From Squalus acanthias (taxonomy: Eukaryota), in NCBI GenBank assembly GCA_030390025.1, contig CM059438.1, positions 53,446,001 to 53,510,000 on the forward strand: a stretch of 64,000 nucleotides of DNA, read 5' to 3'. Each line of letters begins with the position of its first letter. Positions within the stretch are counted from its first letter, which is position 1. Shown piece by piece: positions 7,370 to 22,300 of the stretch. Made by a program: the position numbers and the translations under genes. The notes beneath the pieces are model-generated. The model saw nothing but the letters and a program-made list of their open reading frames with translations. It did not search any database and had not been told where the DNA came from.

Positions 7370-10300
7370 GTAAAGATCAATCATTTTATTGGGTACAGAT
7401 CAGTCATTTTATTGGGTGAAGATCAGTCGTTTTATTGGGTAAAGATCAGTCATTTTATTGGTAAAGATCAGTCATTTTATTGGTAAAGATCAGTCATTTT
7501 ATTGGGTAAAGATCAGTCATTTTATTGGGTAAAGATCAGTCATTTTATTGGGTAAAGATCAGTCATTTTATTGGGTAAAGATCAGTCATTTTATTGGGTA
7601 AAGATCAGTCATTTTATTGGGTAAAGATCAGTCATTTTATTGGGTAAAGATCAGTCATTTTATTGGGTAAAGATCAATCATTTTATTGGGTAAAGATCAG
7701 TCATTTTATTGGGTAAAGATCAGTCATTTTATTGGGTACAGATCAGTCATTTTATTGGGTACAGATCAGTCATTTTATTGGGTACAGATCAGTCATTTTA
7801 TTGGGTACAGATCAGTCATTTTATTGGTAAAGATCAGTCATTTTATTGGGTAAAGATCAGTCATTTTATTGGGTAAAGATCAGTCATTTTATTGGGTAAA
7901 GATCAGTCATTTTATTGGGTAAAGATCAGTCATTTTATTGGGTAAAGATCAATCATTTTATTGGGTAAAGATCAGTCATTTTATTGGGTAAAGATCAGTC
8001 ATTTTATTGGGTAAAGATCAGTCATTTTATTGGGTAAAGATCAGTCATTTTATTGGGTAAAGATCAGTCATTTTATTGGGTAAAGATCAGTCATTTTATT
8101 GGGTAAAGATCAGTCATTTTATTGGGTAAAGATCAGTCATTTTATTGGTAAAGATCAATCATTTTATTGGGTAAAGATCAGTCATTTTATTGGTACAGAT
8201 CAGTCATTTTATTGGGTAAAGATCAGTCATTTTATTGGGTAAAGATCAGTCATTTTATTGGGTAAAGATCAGTCATTTTATTGGGTACAGATCAGTCATT
8301 TTATTGGGTACAGATCAGTCATTTTATTGGGTAAAGATCAGTCATTTTATTGGGTAAAGATCAGTCATTTTATTGGGTAAAGATCAGTCATTTTATTGGG
8401 TAAAGATCAGTCATTTTATTGGGTAAAGATCAGTCATTTTATTGGTAAAGATCAATCATTTTATTGGGTAAAGATCAGTCATTTTATTGAGTACAGATCA
8501 GTCATTTTATTGGGTAAAGATCAGTCATTTTATTGGGTAAAGATCAATCATTTTATTGGGTAAAGATCAGTCATTTTATTGGGTACAGATCAGTCATTTT
8601 ATTGGGTAAAGATCAGTCATTTTATTGGGTACAGATCAGTCATTTTATTGGGTAAAGATCAGTCATTTTATTGAGTAAAGATCAGTCATTTTATTGGGTA
8701 AAGATCAGTCATTTTATTGGGTAAAGATCAGTCATTTTATTGGGTAAAGATCAGTCATTTTATTGGGTAAAGATCAGTCATTTTATTGGGTAAAGATCAA
8801 TCATTTTATTGGGTGAAGATCAGTCATTTTATTGGGTAAAGATCAGTCATTTTATTGGGTAAAGATCAATCATTTTATTGGGTGAAGATCAGTCATTTTA
8901 TTGGGTAAAGATCAGTCATTTTATTGGGTAAAGATCAATCATTTTATTGGGTAAAGATCAGTCATTTTATTGGGTAAAGATCTGTCATTTTATTGGGTAC
9001 AGATCAGTCATTTTATTGGGTAAAGATCAGTCATTTTATTGGGTAAAGATCAATCATTTTATTGGGTAAAGATCAGTCATTTTATTGGGTAAAGATCTGT
9101 CATTTTATTGGGTAAAGATCAATCATTTTATTGGGTAAAGATCAGTCATTTTATTGGGTAAAGATCAGTCATTTTATTGGGTACAGATCAGTCATTTTAT
9201 TGGGTACAGATCAGTCATTTTATTGGGTACAGATCAGTCATTTTATTGGGTACAGATCAGTCATTTTATTGAGTAAAGATCAGTCATTTTATTGGGTAAA
9301 GATCAGTCATTTTATTGGGTAAAGATCAGTCATTTTATTGGGTACAGATCAGTCATTTTATTGGGTAAAGATCAGTCATTTTATTGGGTACAGATCAGTC
9401 ATTTTATTGGGTAAAGATCAGTCATTTTATTGGGTAAAGATCAATCATTTTATTGGGTGAAGATCAGTCATTTTATTGGGTAAAGATCAGTCATTTTATT
9501 GGGTAAAGATCAATCATTTTATTGGGTGAAGATCAGTCATTTTATTGGGTAAAGATCAGTCATTTTATTGGGTAAAGATCAATCATTTTATTGGGTAAAG
9601 ATCAGTCATTTTATTGGGTAAAGATCAGTCATTTTATTGGGTACAGATCAGTCATTTTATTGGGTAAAGATCAGTCATTTTATTGGGTAAAGATCAATCA
9701 TTTTATTGGGTAAAGATCAGTCATTTTATTGGGTAAAGATCAGTCATTTTATTGGGTAAAGATCAGTCATTTTATTGGGTAAAGATCAGTCATTTTATTG
9801 GGAAAAGATCAGTCATTTTATTGGGTAAAGATCAGTCATTTTATTGGGTAAAGATCAGTCATTTTATTGGGTAAAGATCAGTCATTTTATTGGGTAAAGA
9901 TCAATCATTTTATTGGGTAAAGATCAGTCATTTTATTGAGTACAGATCAGTCATTTTATTGGGTAAAGATCAGTCATTTTATTGGGTAAAGATCAATCAT
10001 TTTATTGGGTAAAGATCAGTCATTTTATTGGGTAAAGATCAGTCATTTTATTGGGTACAGATCAGTCATTTTATTGGGTACAGATCAGTCATTTTATTGG
10101 GTAAAGATCAGTCATTTTATTGGGTAAAGATCAGTCATTTTATTGGGTAAAGATCAGTCATTTTATTGGGTAAAGATCAGTCATTTTATTGGGTAAAGAT
10201 CAGTCATTTTATTGGTAAAGATCAGTCATTTTATTGGGTACAGATCAGTCATTTTATTGGGTACAGATCAGTCATTTTATTGGGTACAGATCAGTCATTT

Positions 10301-13300
10301 TATTGGGTACAGATCAGTCATTTTATTGGGTAAAGATCAGTCATTTTATTGGGTAAAGATCAATCATTTTATTGGGTAAAGATCAGTCATTTTATTGGGA
10401 AAGATCAGTCATTTTATTGGGTAAAGATCAGTCATTTTATTGGGTAAAGATCAATCATTTTATTGGGTAAAGATCAGTCATTTTATTGGGTAAAGATCAG
10501 TCATTTTATTGGGTAAAGATCAATCATTTTATTGGGTAAAGATCAGTCATTTTATTGGGTAAAGATCAGTCATTTTATTGGGTAAAGATCAATCATTTTA
10601 TTGGGTAAAGATCAGTCATTTTATTGGGTAAAGATCAGTCATTTTATTGGGTAAAGATCAGTCATTTTATTGGGTAAAGATCAATCATTTTATTGGGTAA
10701 GATCAGTCATTTTATTGGGTAAAGATCAGTCATTTTATTGGGTAAAGATCAATCATTTTATTGGGTAAAGATCAGTCATTTTATTGGGTAAAGATCAGTC
10801 ATTTTATTGGGTAAAGATCAATCATTTTATTGGGTAAAGATCAGTCATTTTATTGGGTAAAGATCAGTCATTTTATTGGGTACAGATCAGTCATTTTATT
10901 GGGTAAAGATCAGTCATTTTATTGGGTAAAGATCAATCATTTTATTGGGTAAAGATCAGTCATTTTATTGGGTAAAGATCAGTCATTTTATTGGGTAAAG
11001 ATCAATCATTTTATTGGGTAAAGATCAGTCATTTTATTGGGTAAAGATCAGTCATTTTATTGGGTACAGATCAGTCATTTTATTGGGTAAAGATCAGTCA
11101 TTTTATTGGGTACAGATCAGTCATTTTATTGGGTACAGATCAGTCATTTTATTGGTAAAGATCAGTCATTTTATTGGGTAAAGATCAATCATTTTATTGG
11201 GTACAGATCAGTCATTTTATTGGGTACAGATCAGTCATTTTATTGGGTAAAGATCAGTCATTTTATTGGGTACAGATCAGTCATTTTATTGGGTAAAGAT
11301 CAGTCATTTTATTGGGTAAAGATCAATCATTTTATTGGGTACAGATCAGTCATTTTATTGGGTAAAGATCAGTCATTTTATTGGGTAAAGATCAATCATT
11401 TTATTGGGTAAAGATCAGTCATTTTATTGGGTAAAGATCAGTCATTTTATTGGGTAAAGATCATCATTTTATTGGGTAAAGATCAGTCATTTTATTGGGT
11501 AAAGATCAGTCATTTTATTGGGTAAAGATCAGTCATTTTATTGGGTAAAGATCAGTCATTTTATTGGGTAAAGATCAGTCATTTTATTGGGTAAAGATCA
11601 GTCATTTTATTGGGTAAAGATCAGTCATTTTATTGGGTAAAGATCAGTCTTTTATTGGGTAAAGATCAGTCATTTTATTGGGTAAAGATCAGTCATTTTA
11701 TTGGGTAAAGATCAGTCATTTTATTGGGTAAAGATCAGTCATTTTATTGGGTAAAGATCAGTCATTTTATTGGGTAAAGATCAATCATTTTATTGGGTAA
11801 AGATCAGTCATTTTATTGGTAAAGATCAGTCATTTTATTGGGTAAAGATCAGTCATTTTATTGGGTAAAGATCAGTCATTTTATTGGGTAAAGATCAGTC
11901 ATTTTATTGGGTACAGATCAGTCATTTTATTGGGTAAAGATCAGTCATTTTATTGGGTACAGATCAGTCATTTTATTGGGTAAAGATCAGTCATTTTATT
12001 GGGTAAAGATCAGTCATTTTATTGGGTAAAGATCAGTCATTTTATTGGGTAAAGATCAGTCATTTTATTGGGTAAAGATCAGTCATTTTATTGGTAAAGA
12101 TCAATCATTTTATTGGGTAAAGATCAGTCATTTTATTGGGTACAGATCAGTCATTTTATTGGGTAAAGATCAGTCATTTTATTGGGTAAAGATCAATCAT
12201 TTTATTGGGTAAAGATCAGTCATTTTATTGGGTAAAGATCAGTCATTTTATTGGGTACAGATCAGTCATTTTATTGGGTACAGATCAGTCATTTTATTGG
12301 GTACAGATCAGTCATTTTATTGGGTAAAGATCAGTCATTTTATTGGGTAAAGATCAGTCATTTTATTGGGTAAAGATCAGTCATTTTATTGGGTAAAGAT
12401 CAGTCATTTTATTGGGTAAAGATCAGTCATTTTATTGGGTAAAGATCAATCATTTTATTGGGTAAAGATCAGTCATTTTATTGGGTAAAGATCAGTCATT
12501 TTATTGGGTAAAGATCAGTCATTTTATTGGGTAAGATCAGTCATTTTATTGGGTAAAGATCAGTCATTTTATTGGGTAAAGATCAGTCATTTTATTGGGT
12601 AAAGATCAGTCATTTTATTGGGTAAAGATCAGTCATTTTATTGGGTACAGATCAGTCATTTTATTGGGTAAAGATCAGTCATTTTATTGGGTAAAGATCA
12701 GTCATTTTATTGGGTAAAGATCAGTCATTTTATTGGGTAAAGATCAGTCATTTTATTGGGTAAAGATCAGTCATTTTATTGGGTAAAGATCAGTCATTTT
12801 ATTGGGTAAAGATCAGTCATTTTATTGGGTAAAGATCAGTCATTTTATTGGGTAAAGATCAGTCATTTTATTGGGTAAAGATCAGTCATTTTATTGGGTA
12901 AAGATCAGTCATTTTATTGGGTAAAGATCAGTCATTTTATTGGGTAAAGATCAGTCATTTTATTGGGTACAGATCAGTCATTTTATTGGGTAAAGATCAG
13001 TCATTTTATTGGGTAAAGATCAGTCATTTTATTGGGTAAAGATCAGTCATTTTATTGGGTAAAGATCAGTCATTTTATTGGGTAAAGATCAGTCATTTTA
13101 TTGGGTAAAGATCAGTCATTTTATTGGGTAAAGATCAGTCATTTTATTGGGTAAAGATCAGTCATTTTATTGGGTAAAGATCAGTCATTTTATTGGGTAA
13201 AGATCAGTCATTTTATTGGGTAAAGATCAGTCATTTTATTGGGTAAAGATCAGTCATTTTATTGGGTAAGATCAGTCATTTTATTGGGTACAGATCAGTC

Positions 13301-16300
13301 ATTTTATTGGGTAAAGATCAGTCATTTTATTGGGTAAAGATCAGTCATTTTATTGGGTAAAGATCAGTCATTTTATTGGGTAAAGATCAGTCATTTTATT
13401 GGGTAAAGATCAGTCATTTTATTGGGTAAAGATCAGTCATTTTATTGGGTAAAGATCAGTCATTTTATTGGGTAAAGATCAGTCATTTTATTGGGTAAAG
13501 ATCAGTCATTTTATTGGGTAAAGATCAGTCATTTTATTGGGTAAAGATCAGTCATTTTATTGGGTACAGATCAGTCATTTTATTGGGTAAAGATCAGTCA
13601 TTTTATTGGGTAAAGATCAGTCATTTTATTGGGTAAAGATCAATCATTTTATTGGGTAAAGATCAGTCATTTTATTGGGTAAAGATCAGTCATTTTATTG
13701 GGTAAAGATCAGTCATTTTATTGGGTAAAGATCAGTCATTTTATTGGGTAAAGATCAGTCATTTTATTGGGTAAAGATCAGTCATTTTATTGGGTAAAGA
13801 TCAGTCATTTTATTGGGTAAAGATCAGTCATTTTATTGGGTAAAGATCAGTCATTTTATTGGGTAAAGATCAGTCATTTTATTGGGTAAAGATCAGTCAT
13901 TTTATTGGGTACAGATCAGTCATTTTATTGGGTACAGATCAGTCATTTTATTGGGTAAAGATCAGTCATTTTATTGGGTAAAGATCAATCATTTTATTGG
14001 GTAAAGATCAGTCATTTTATTGGGTAAAGATCAGTCATTTTATTGGGTAAAGATCAGTCATTTTATTGGGTAAAGATCAGTCATTTTATTGGGTAAAGAT
14101 CAGTCATTTTATTGGGTACAGATCAGTCATTTTATTGGGTAAAGATCAGTCATTTTATTGGGTAAAGATCAGTCATTTTATTGGGTAAAGATCAATCATT
14201 TTATTGGGTAAAGATCAGTCATTTTATTGGGTAAAGATCAGTCATTTTATTGGGTACAGATCAGTCATTTTATTGGGTAAAGATCAGTCATTTTATTGGG
14301 TACAGATCAGTCATTTTATTGGGTAAAGATCAGTCATTTTATTGGGTAAAGATCAGTCATTTTATTGGGTAAAGATCAGTCATTTTATTGGTAAAGATCA
14401 GTCATTTTATTGGGTAAAGATCAGTCATTTTATTGGGTAAAGATCAGTCATTTTATTGGGTAAAGATCAGTCATTTTATTGGGTAAAGATCAGTCATTTT
14501 ATTGGGTACAGATCAGTCATTTTATTGGGTACAGATCAGTCATTTTATTGGGTACAGATCAGTCATTTTATTGGGTACAGATCAGTCATTTTATTGGGTA
14601 AAGATCAGTCATTTTATTGGGTAAAGATCAGTCATTTTATTGGGTAAAGATCAGTCATTTTATTGGGTAAAGATCAGTCATTTTATTGGTAAAGATCAGT
14701 CATTTTATTGGGTAAAGATCAGTCATTTTATTGGGTACAGATCAGTCATTTTATTGGGTACAGATCAGTCATTTTATTGGGTAAAGATCAGTCATTTTAT
14801 TGGGTAAAGATCAGTCATTTTATTGGGTAAAGATCAGTCATTTTATTGGGTAAAGATCAGTCATTTTATTGGGTAAAGATCAGTCATTTTATTGGGTACA
14901 GATCAGTCGTTTTATTGGGGGAAGATCAGTCATTTTATTGGGTACAGATCAGTCATTTTATTGGGTAAAGATCAGTCATTTTATTGGGTAAAGATCAGTC
15001 ATTTTATTGGGTAAAGATCAGTCATTTTATTGGGTAAAGATCAGTCATTTTATTGGGTAAAGATCAGTCATTTTATTGGGTAAAGATCAGTCATTTTATT
15101 GGGTAAAGATCAGTCATTTTATTGGGTAAAGATCAGTCATTTTATTGGGTACAGATCAGTCATTTATTGGGTACAGATCAGTCATTTTATTGGGTAAAGA
15201 TCAGTCATTTTATTGGGTACAGATCAGTCATTTTATTGGGTAAAGATCAGTCATTTTATTGGGTAAAGATCAGTCATTTTATTGGGTAAAGATCAGTCAT
15301 TTTATTGGGTAAAGATCAGTCATTTTATTGGGTAAAGATCAGTCATTTTATTGGGTAAAGATCAGTCATTTTATTGGGTAAAGATCAGTCATTTTATTGG
15401 GTACAGATCAGTCATTTTATTGGGTAAAGATCAGTCATTTTATTGGGTAAAGATCAGTCATTTTATTGGGTAAAGATCAGTCATTTTATTGGGTAAAGAT
15501 CAGTCATTTTATTGGGTACAGATCAGTCATTTTATTGGGTAAAGATCAGTCATTTTATTGGGTAAAGATCAGTCATTTTATTGGGTAAAGATCAGTCATT
15601 TTATTGGTAAAGATCAGTCATTTTATTGGGTAAAGATCAGTCATTTTATTGGGTAAAGATCAGTCATTTTATTGGGTACAGATCAGTCATTTTATTGGGT
15701 AAAGATCAGTCATTTTATTGGGTAAAGATCAGTCATTTTATTGGGTAAAGATCAGTCATTTTATTGGGTAAAGATCAGTCATTTTATTGGGTAAAGATCA
15801 GTCATTTTATTGGGTAAAGATCAGTCATTTTATTGGGTAAAGATCAGTCATTTTATTGGGTAAAGATCAGTCATTTTATTGGGTAAAGATCAGTCATTTT
15901 ATTGGGTAAAGATCAATCATTTTATTGGGTAAAGATCAGTCATTTTATTGGGTAAAGATCAGTCATTTTATTGGGTACAGATCAGTCATTTTATTGGGTA
16001 AAGATCAGTCATTTTATTGGGTAAAGATCAGTCATTTTATTGGTAAAGATCAGTCATTTTATTGGGTAAAGATCAGTCATTTTATTGGGTAAAGATCAGT
16101 CATTTTATTGGGTAAAGATCAGTCATTTTATTGGGTAAAGATCAGTCATTTTATTGGGTAAAGATCAGTCATTTTATTGGGTAAAGATCAGTCATTTTAT
16201 TGGGTAAAGATCAGTCATTTTATTGGGTAAAGATCAGTCATTTTATTGGGTAAAGATCAGTCATTTTATTGGGTAAAGATCAGTCATTTTATTGGGTAAA

Positions 16301-19300
16301 GATCAGTCATTTTATTGGGTAAAGATCAGTCATTTTATTGGTAAAGATCAGTCATTTTATTGGGTAAAGATCAGTCATTTTATTGGGTAAAGATCAGTCA
16401 TTTTATTGGGTAAAGATCAGTCATTTTATTGGGTAAAGATCAGTCATTTTATTGGGTAAAGATCAGTCATTTTATTGGGTAAAGATCAGTCATTTTATTG
16501 GGTAAAGATCAGTCATTTTATTGGGTAAAGATCAGTCATTTTATTGGGTAAAGATCAGTCATTTTATTGGGTAAAGATCAGTCATTTTATTGGGTAAAGA
16601 TCAGTCATTTTATTGGGTAAAGATCAGTCATTTTATTGGGTAAAGATCAGTCATTTTATTGGGTAAAGATCAATCATTTTATTGGGTAAAGATCAGTCAT
16701 TTTATTGGGTAAAGATCAGTCATTTTATTGGGTAAAGATCAGTCATTTTATTGGGTAAAGATCAGTCATTTTATTGGGTAAAGATCAGTCATTTTATTGG
16801 GTAAAGATCAGTCATTTTATTGGGTAAAGATCAGTCATTTTATTGGGTAAAGATCAGTCATTTTATTGGGTAAAGATCAGTCATTTTATTGGGTAAAGAT
16901 CAGTCATTTTATTGGGTAAAGATCAGTCATTTTATTGGGTAAAGATCAGTCATTTTATTGGGTAAAGATCAGTCATTTTATTGGGTAAAGATCAGTCATT
17001 TTATTGGGTAAAGATCAGTCATTTTATTGGGTAAAGATCAGTCATTTTATTGGGTAAAGATCAGTCATTTTATTGGGTAAAGATCAGTCATTTTATTGGG
17101 TAAAGATCAGTCATTTTATTGGGTAAAGATCAGTCATTTTATTGGGTAAAGATCAGTCATTTTATTGGGTAAAGATCAGTCATTTTATTGGGTAAAGATC
17201 AGTCATTTTATTGGGTAAAGATCAGTCATTTTATTGGGTAAAGATCAGTCATTTTATTGGGTAAAGATCAGTCATTTTATTGGGTAAAGATCAGTCATTT
17301 TATTGGGTAAAGATCAGTCATTTTATTGGGTAAAGATCAGTCATTTTATTGGGTAAAGATCAGTCATTTTATTGGGTAAAGATCAGTCATTTTATTGGGT
17401 AAAGATCAGTCATTTTATTGGGTAAAGATCAGTCATTTTATTGGGTAAAGATCAGTCATTTTATTGGGTAAAGATCAGTCATTTTATTGGGTAAAGATCA
17501 GTCATTTTATTGGGTAAAGATCAGTCATTTTATTGGGTAAAGATCAGTCATTTTATTGGGTAAAGATCAGTCATTTTATTGGGTAAAGATCAGTCATTTT
17601 ATTGGGTACAGATCAGTCATTTTATTGGGTAAAGATCAGTCATTTTATTGGGTAAAGATCAGTCATTTTATTGGGTAAAGATCAGTCATTTTATTGGGTA
17701 AAGATCAGTCATTTTATTGGGTAAAGATCAGTCATTTTATTGGGTAAAGATCAGTCATTTTATTGGGTAAAGATCAGTCATTTTATTGGGTAAAGATCAG
17801 TCATTTTATTGGGTAAAGATCAGTCATTTTATTGGGTAAAGATCAGTCATTTTATTGGGTAAAGATCAGTCATTTTATTGGGTAAAGATCAGTCATTTTA
17901 TTGGGTAAAGATCAGTCATTTTATTGGGTAAAGATCAGTCATTTTATTGGGTAAAGATCAGTCATTTTATTGGGTAAAGATCAGTCATTTTATTGGGTAA
18001 AGATCAGTCATTTTATTGGGTAAAGATCAGTCATTTTATTGGGTAAAGATCAGTCATTTTATTGGGTAAAGATCAGTCATTTTATTGGGTAAAGATCAGT
18101 CATTTTATTGGGTAAAGATCAGTCATTTTATTGGGTAAAGATCAGTCATTTTATTGGGTAAAGATCAGTCATTTTATTGGGTAAAGATCAGTCATTTTAT
18201 TGGGTAAAGATCAGTCATTTTATTGGGTAAAGATCAGTCATTTTATTGGGTAAAGATCAGTCATTTTATTGGGTAAAGATCAGTCATTTTATTGGTAAAG
18301 ATCAGTCATTTTATTGGGTAAAGATCAGTCATTTTATTGGGTAAAGATCAGTCATTTTATTGGGTAAAGATCAGTCATTTTATTGGGTAAAGATCAGTCA
18401 TTTTATTGGGTAAAGATCAGTCATTTTATTGGGTAAAGATCAGTCATTTTATTGGGTAAAGATCAGTCATTTTATTGGGTAAAGATCAGTCATTTTATTG
18501 GGTAAAGATCAGTCATTTTATTGGGTAAAGATCAGTCATTTTATTGGGTAAAGATCAGTCATTTTATTGGGTAAAGATCAGTCATTTTATTGGGTAAAGA
18601 TCAGTCATTTTATTGGGTAAAGATCAGTCATTTTATTGGGTAAAGATCAGTCATTTTATTGGGTAAAGATCAGTCATTTTATTGGGTAAAGATCAGTCAT
18701 TTTATTGGGTAAAGATCATTCATTTTATTGGGTAAAGATCAGTCATTTTATTGGGTAAAGATCAGTCATTTTATTGGGTAAAGATCAGTCATTTTATTGG
18801 GTAAAGATCAGTCATTTTATTGGGTAAAGATCAGTCATTTTATTGGGTAAAGATCAGTCATTTTATTGGGTAAAGATCAGTCATTTTATTGGGTAAAGAT
18901 CAGTCATTTTATTGGGTAAAGATCAGTCATTTTATTGGGTAAAGATCAGTCATTTTATTGGGTAAAGATCAGTCATTTTATTGGGTAAAGATCAGTCATT
19001 TTATTGGGTAAAGATCAGTCATTTTATTGGGTAAAGATCAGTCATTTTATTGGGTAAAGATCAGTCATTTTATTGGGTAAAGATCAGTCATTTTATTGGG
19101 TAAAGATCAGTCATTTTATTGGGTAAAGATCAGTCATTTTATTGGGTAAAGATCAGTCATTTTATTGGGTAAAGATCAGTCATTTTATTGGGTAAAGATC
19201 AGTCATTTTATTGGGTAAAGATCAGTCATTTTATTGGGTAAAGATCAGTCATTTTATTGGGTAAAGATCAGTCATTTTATTGGGTAAAGATCAGTCATTT

Positions 19301-22300
19301 TATTGGGTAAAGATCAGTCATTTTATTGGGTAAAGATCAGTCATTTTATTGGGTAAAGATCAGTCATTTTATTGGGTAAAGATCAGTCATTTTATTGGGT
19401 AAAGATCAGTCATTTTATTGGGTAAAGATCAGTCATTTTATTGGGTAAAGATCAGTCATTTTATTGGGTAAAGATCAGTCATTTTATTGGGTAAAGATCA
19501 GTCATTTTATTGGGTAAAGATCAGTCATTTTATTGGGTAAAGATCAGTCATTTTATTGGGTAAAGATCAGTCATTTTATTGGGTAAAGATCAGTCATTTT
19601 ATTGGGTAAAGATCAGTCATTTTATTGGGTAAAGATCAGTCATTTTATTGGGTAAAGATCAGTCATTTTATTGGGTAAAGATCAGTCATTTTATTGGGTA
19701 AAGATCAGTCATTTTATTGGGTAAAGATCAGTCATTTTATTGGGTAAAGATCAGTCATTTTATTGGGTAAAGATCAGTCATTTTATTGGGTAAAGATCAG
19801 TCATTTTATTGGGTAAAGATCAGTCATTTTATTGGGTAAAGATCAGTCATTTTATTGGGTAAAGATCAGTCATTTTATTGGGTAAAGATCAGTCATTTTA
19901 TTGGGTAAAGATCAGTCATTTTATTGGGTAAAGATCAGTCATTTTATTGGGTAAAGATCAGTCATTTTATTGGGTAAAGATCAGTCATTTTATTGGGTAA
20001 AGATCAGTCATTTTATTGGGTAAAGATCAGTCATTTTATTGGGTAAAGATCAGTCATTTTATTGGGTAAAGATCAGTCATTTTATTGGGTAAAGATCAGT
20101 CATTTTATTGGGTAAAGATCAGTCATTTTATTGGGTAAAGATCAGTCATTTTATTGGGTAAAGATCAGTCATTTTATTGGGTAAAGATCAGTCATTTTAT
20201 TGGGTAAAGATCAGTCATTTTATTGGGTAAAGATCAGTCATTTTATTGGGTAAAGATCAGTCATTTTATTGGGTAAAGATCAGTCATTTTATTGGGTAAA
20301 GATCAGTCATTTTATTGGGTAAAGATCAGTCATTTTATTGGGTAAAGATCAGTCATTTTATTGGGTAAAGATCAGTCATTTTATTGGGTAAAGATCAGTC
20401 ATTTTATTGGGTAAAGATCAGTCATTTTATTGGGTAAAGATCAGTCATTTTATTGGGTAAAGATCAGTCATTTTATTGGGTAAAGATCAGTCATTTTATT
20501 GGGTAAAGATCAGTCATTTTATTGGGTAAAGATCAGTCATTTTATTGGGTAAAGATCAGTCATTTTATTGGGTAAAGATCAGTCATTTTATTGGGTAAAG
20601 ATCAGTCATTTTATTGGGTAAAGATCAGTCATTTTATTGGGTAAAGATCAGTCATTTTATTGGGTAAAGATCAGTCATTTTATTGGGTAAAGATCAGTCA
20701 TTTTATTGGGTAAAGATCAGTCATTTTATTGGGTAAAGATCAGTCATTTTATTGGGTAAAGATCAGTCATTTTATTGGGTAAAGATCAGTCATTTTATTG
20801 GGTAAAGATCAGTCATTTTATTGGGTAAAGATCAGTCATTTTATTGGGTAAAGATCAGTCATTTTATTGGGTAAAGATCAGTCATTTTATTGGGTAAAGA
20901 TCAGTCATTTTATTGGGTAAAGATCAGTCATTTTATTGGGTAAAGATCAGTCATTTTATTGGGTAAAGATCAGTCATTTTATTGGGTAAAGATCAGTCAT
21001 TTTATTGGGTAAAGATCAGTCATTTTATTGGGTAAAGATCAGTCATTTTATTGGGTAAAGATCAGTCATTTTATTGGGTAAAGATCAGTCATTTTATTGG
21101 GTAAAGATCAGTCATTTTATTGGGTAAAGATCAGTCATTTTATTGGGTAAAGATCAGTCATTTTATTGGGTAAAGATCAGTCATTTTATTGGGTAAAGAT
21201 CAGTCATTTTATTGGGTAAAGATCAGTCATTTTATTGGGTAAAGATCAGTCATTTTATTGGGTAAAGATCAGTCATTTTATTGGGTAAAGATCAGTCATT
21301 TTATTGGGTAAAGATCAGTCATTTTATTGGGTAAAGATCAGTCATTTTATTGGGTAAAGATCAGTCATTTTATTGGGTAAAGATCAGTCATTTTATTGGG
21401 TAAAGATCAGTCATTTTATTGGGTAAAGATCAGTCATTTTATTGGGTAAAGATCAGTCATTTTATTGGGTAAAGATCAGTCATTTTATTGGGTAAAGATC
21501 AGTCATTTTATTGGGTAAAGATCAGTCATTTTATTGGGTAAAGATCAGTCATTTTATTGGGTAAAGATCAGTCATTTTATTGGGTAAAGATCAGTCATTT
21601 TATTGGGTAAAGATCAGTCATTTTATTGGGTAAAGATCAGTCATTTTATTGGGTAAAGATCAGTCATTTTATTGGGTAAAGATCAGTCATTTTATTGGGT
21701 AAAGATCAGTCATTTTATTGGGTAAAGATCAGTCATTTTATTGGGTAAAGATCAGTCATTTTATTGGGTAAAGATCAGTCATTTTATTGGGTAAAGATCA
21801 GTCATTTTATTGGGTAAAGATCAGTCATTTTATTGGGTAAAGATCAGTCATTTTATTGGGTAAAGATCAGTCATTTTATTGGGTAAAGATCAGTCATTTT
21901 ATTGGGTACAGATCAGTCATTTTATTGGGTACAGATCAGTCATTTTATTGGGTAAAGATCAGTCATTTTATTGGGTAAAGATCAGTCATTTTATTGGGTA
22001 AAGATCAGTCATTTTATTGGGTAAAGATCAGTCATTTTATTGGGTACAGATCAGTCATTTTATTGGGTAAAGATCAGTCATTTTATTGGGTAAAGATCAG
22101 TCATTTTATTGGGTAAAGATCAGTCATTTTATTGGGTAAAGATCAGTCATTTTATTGGGTAAAGATCAGTCATTTTATTGGGTAAAGATCAGTCATTTTA
22201 TTGGGTAAAGATCAGTCATTTTAATTGGTAAAGATCAGTCATTTTATTGGGTACAGATCAGTCATTTTATTGGGTAAAGATCAGTCATTTTATTGGGTAA

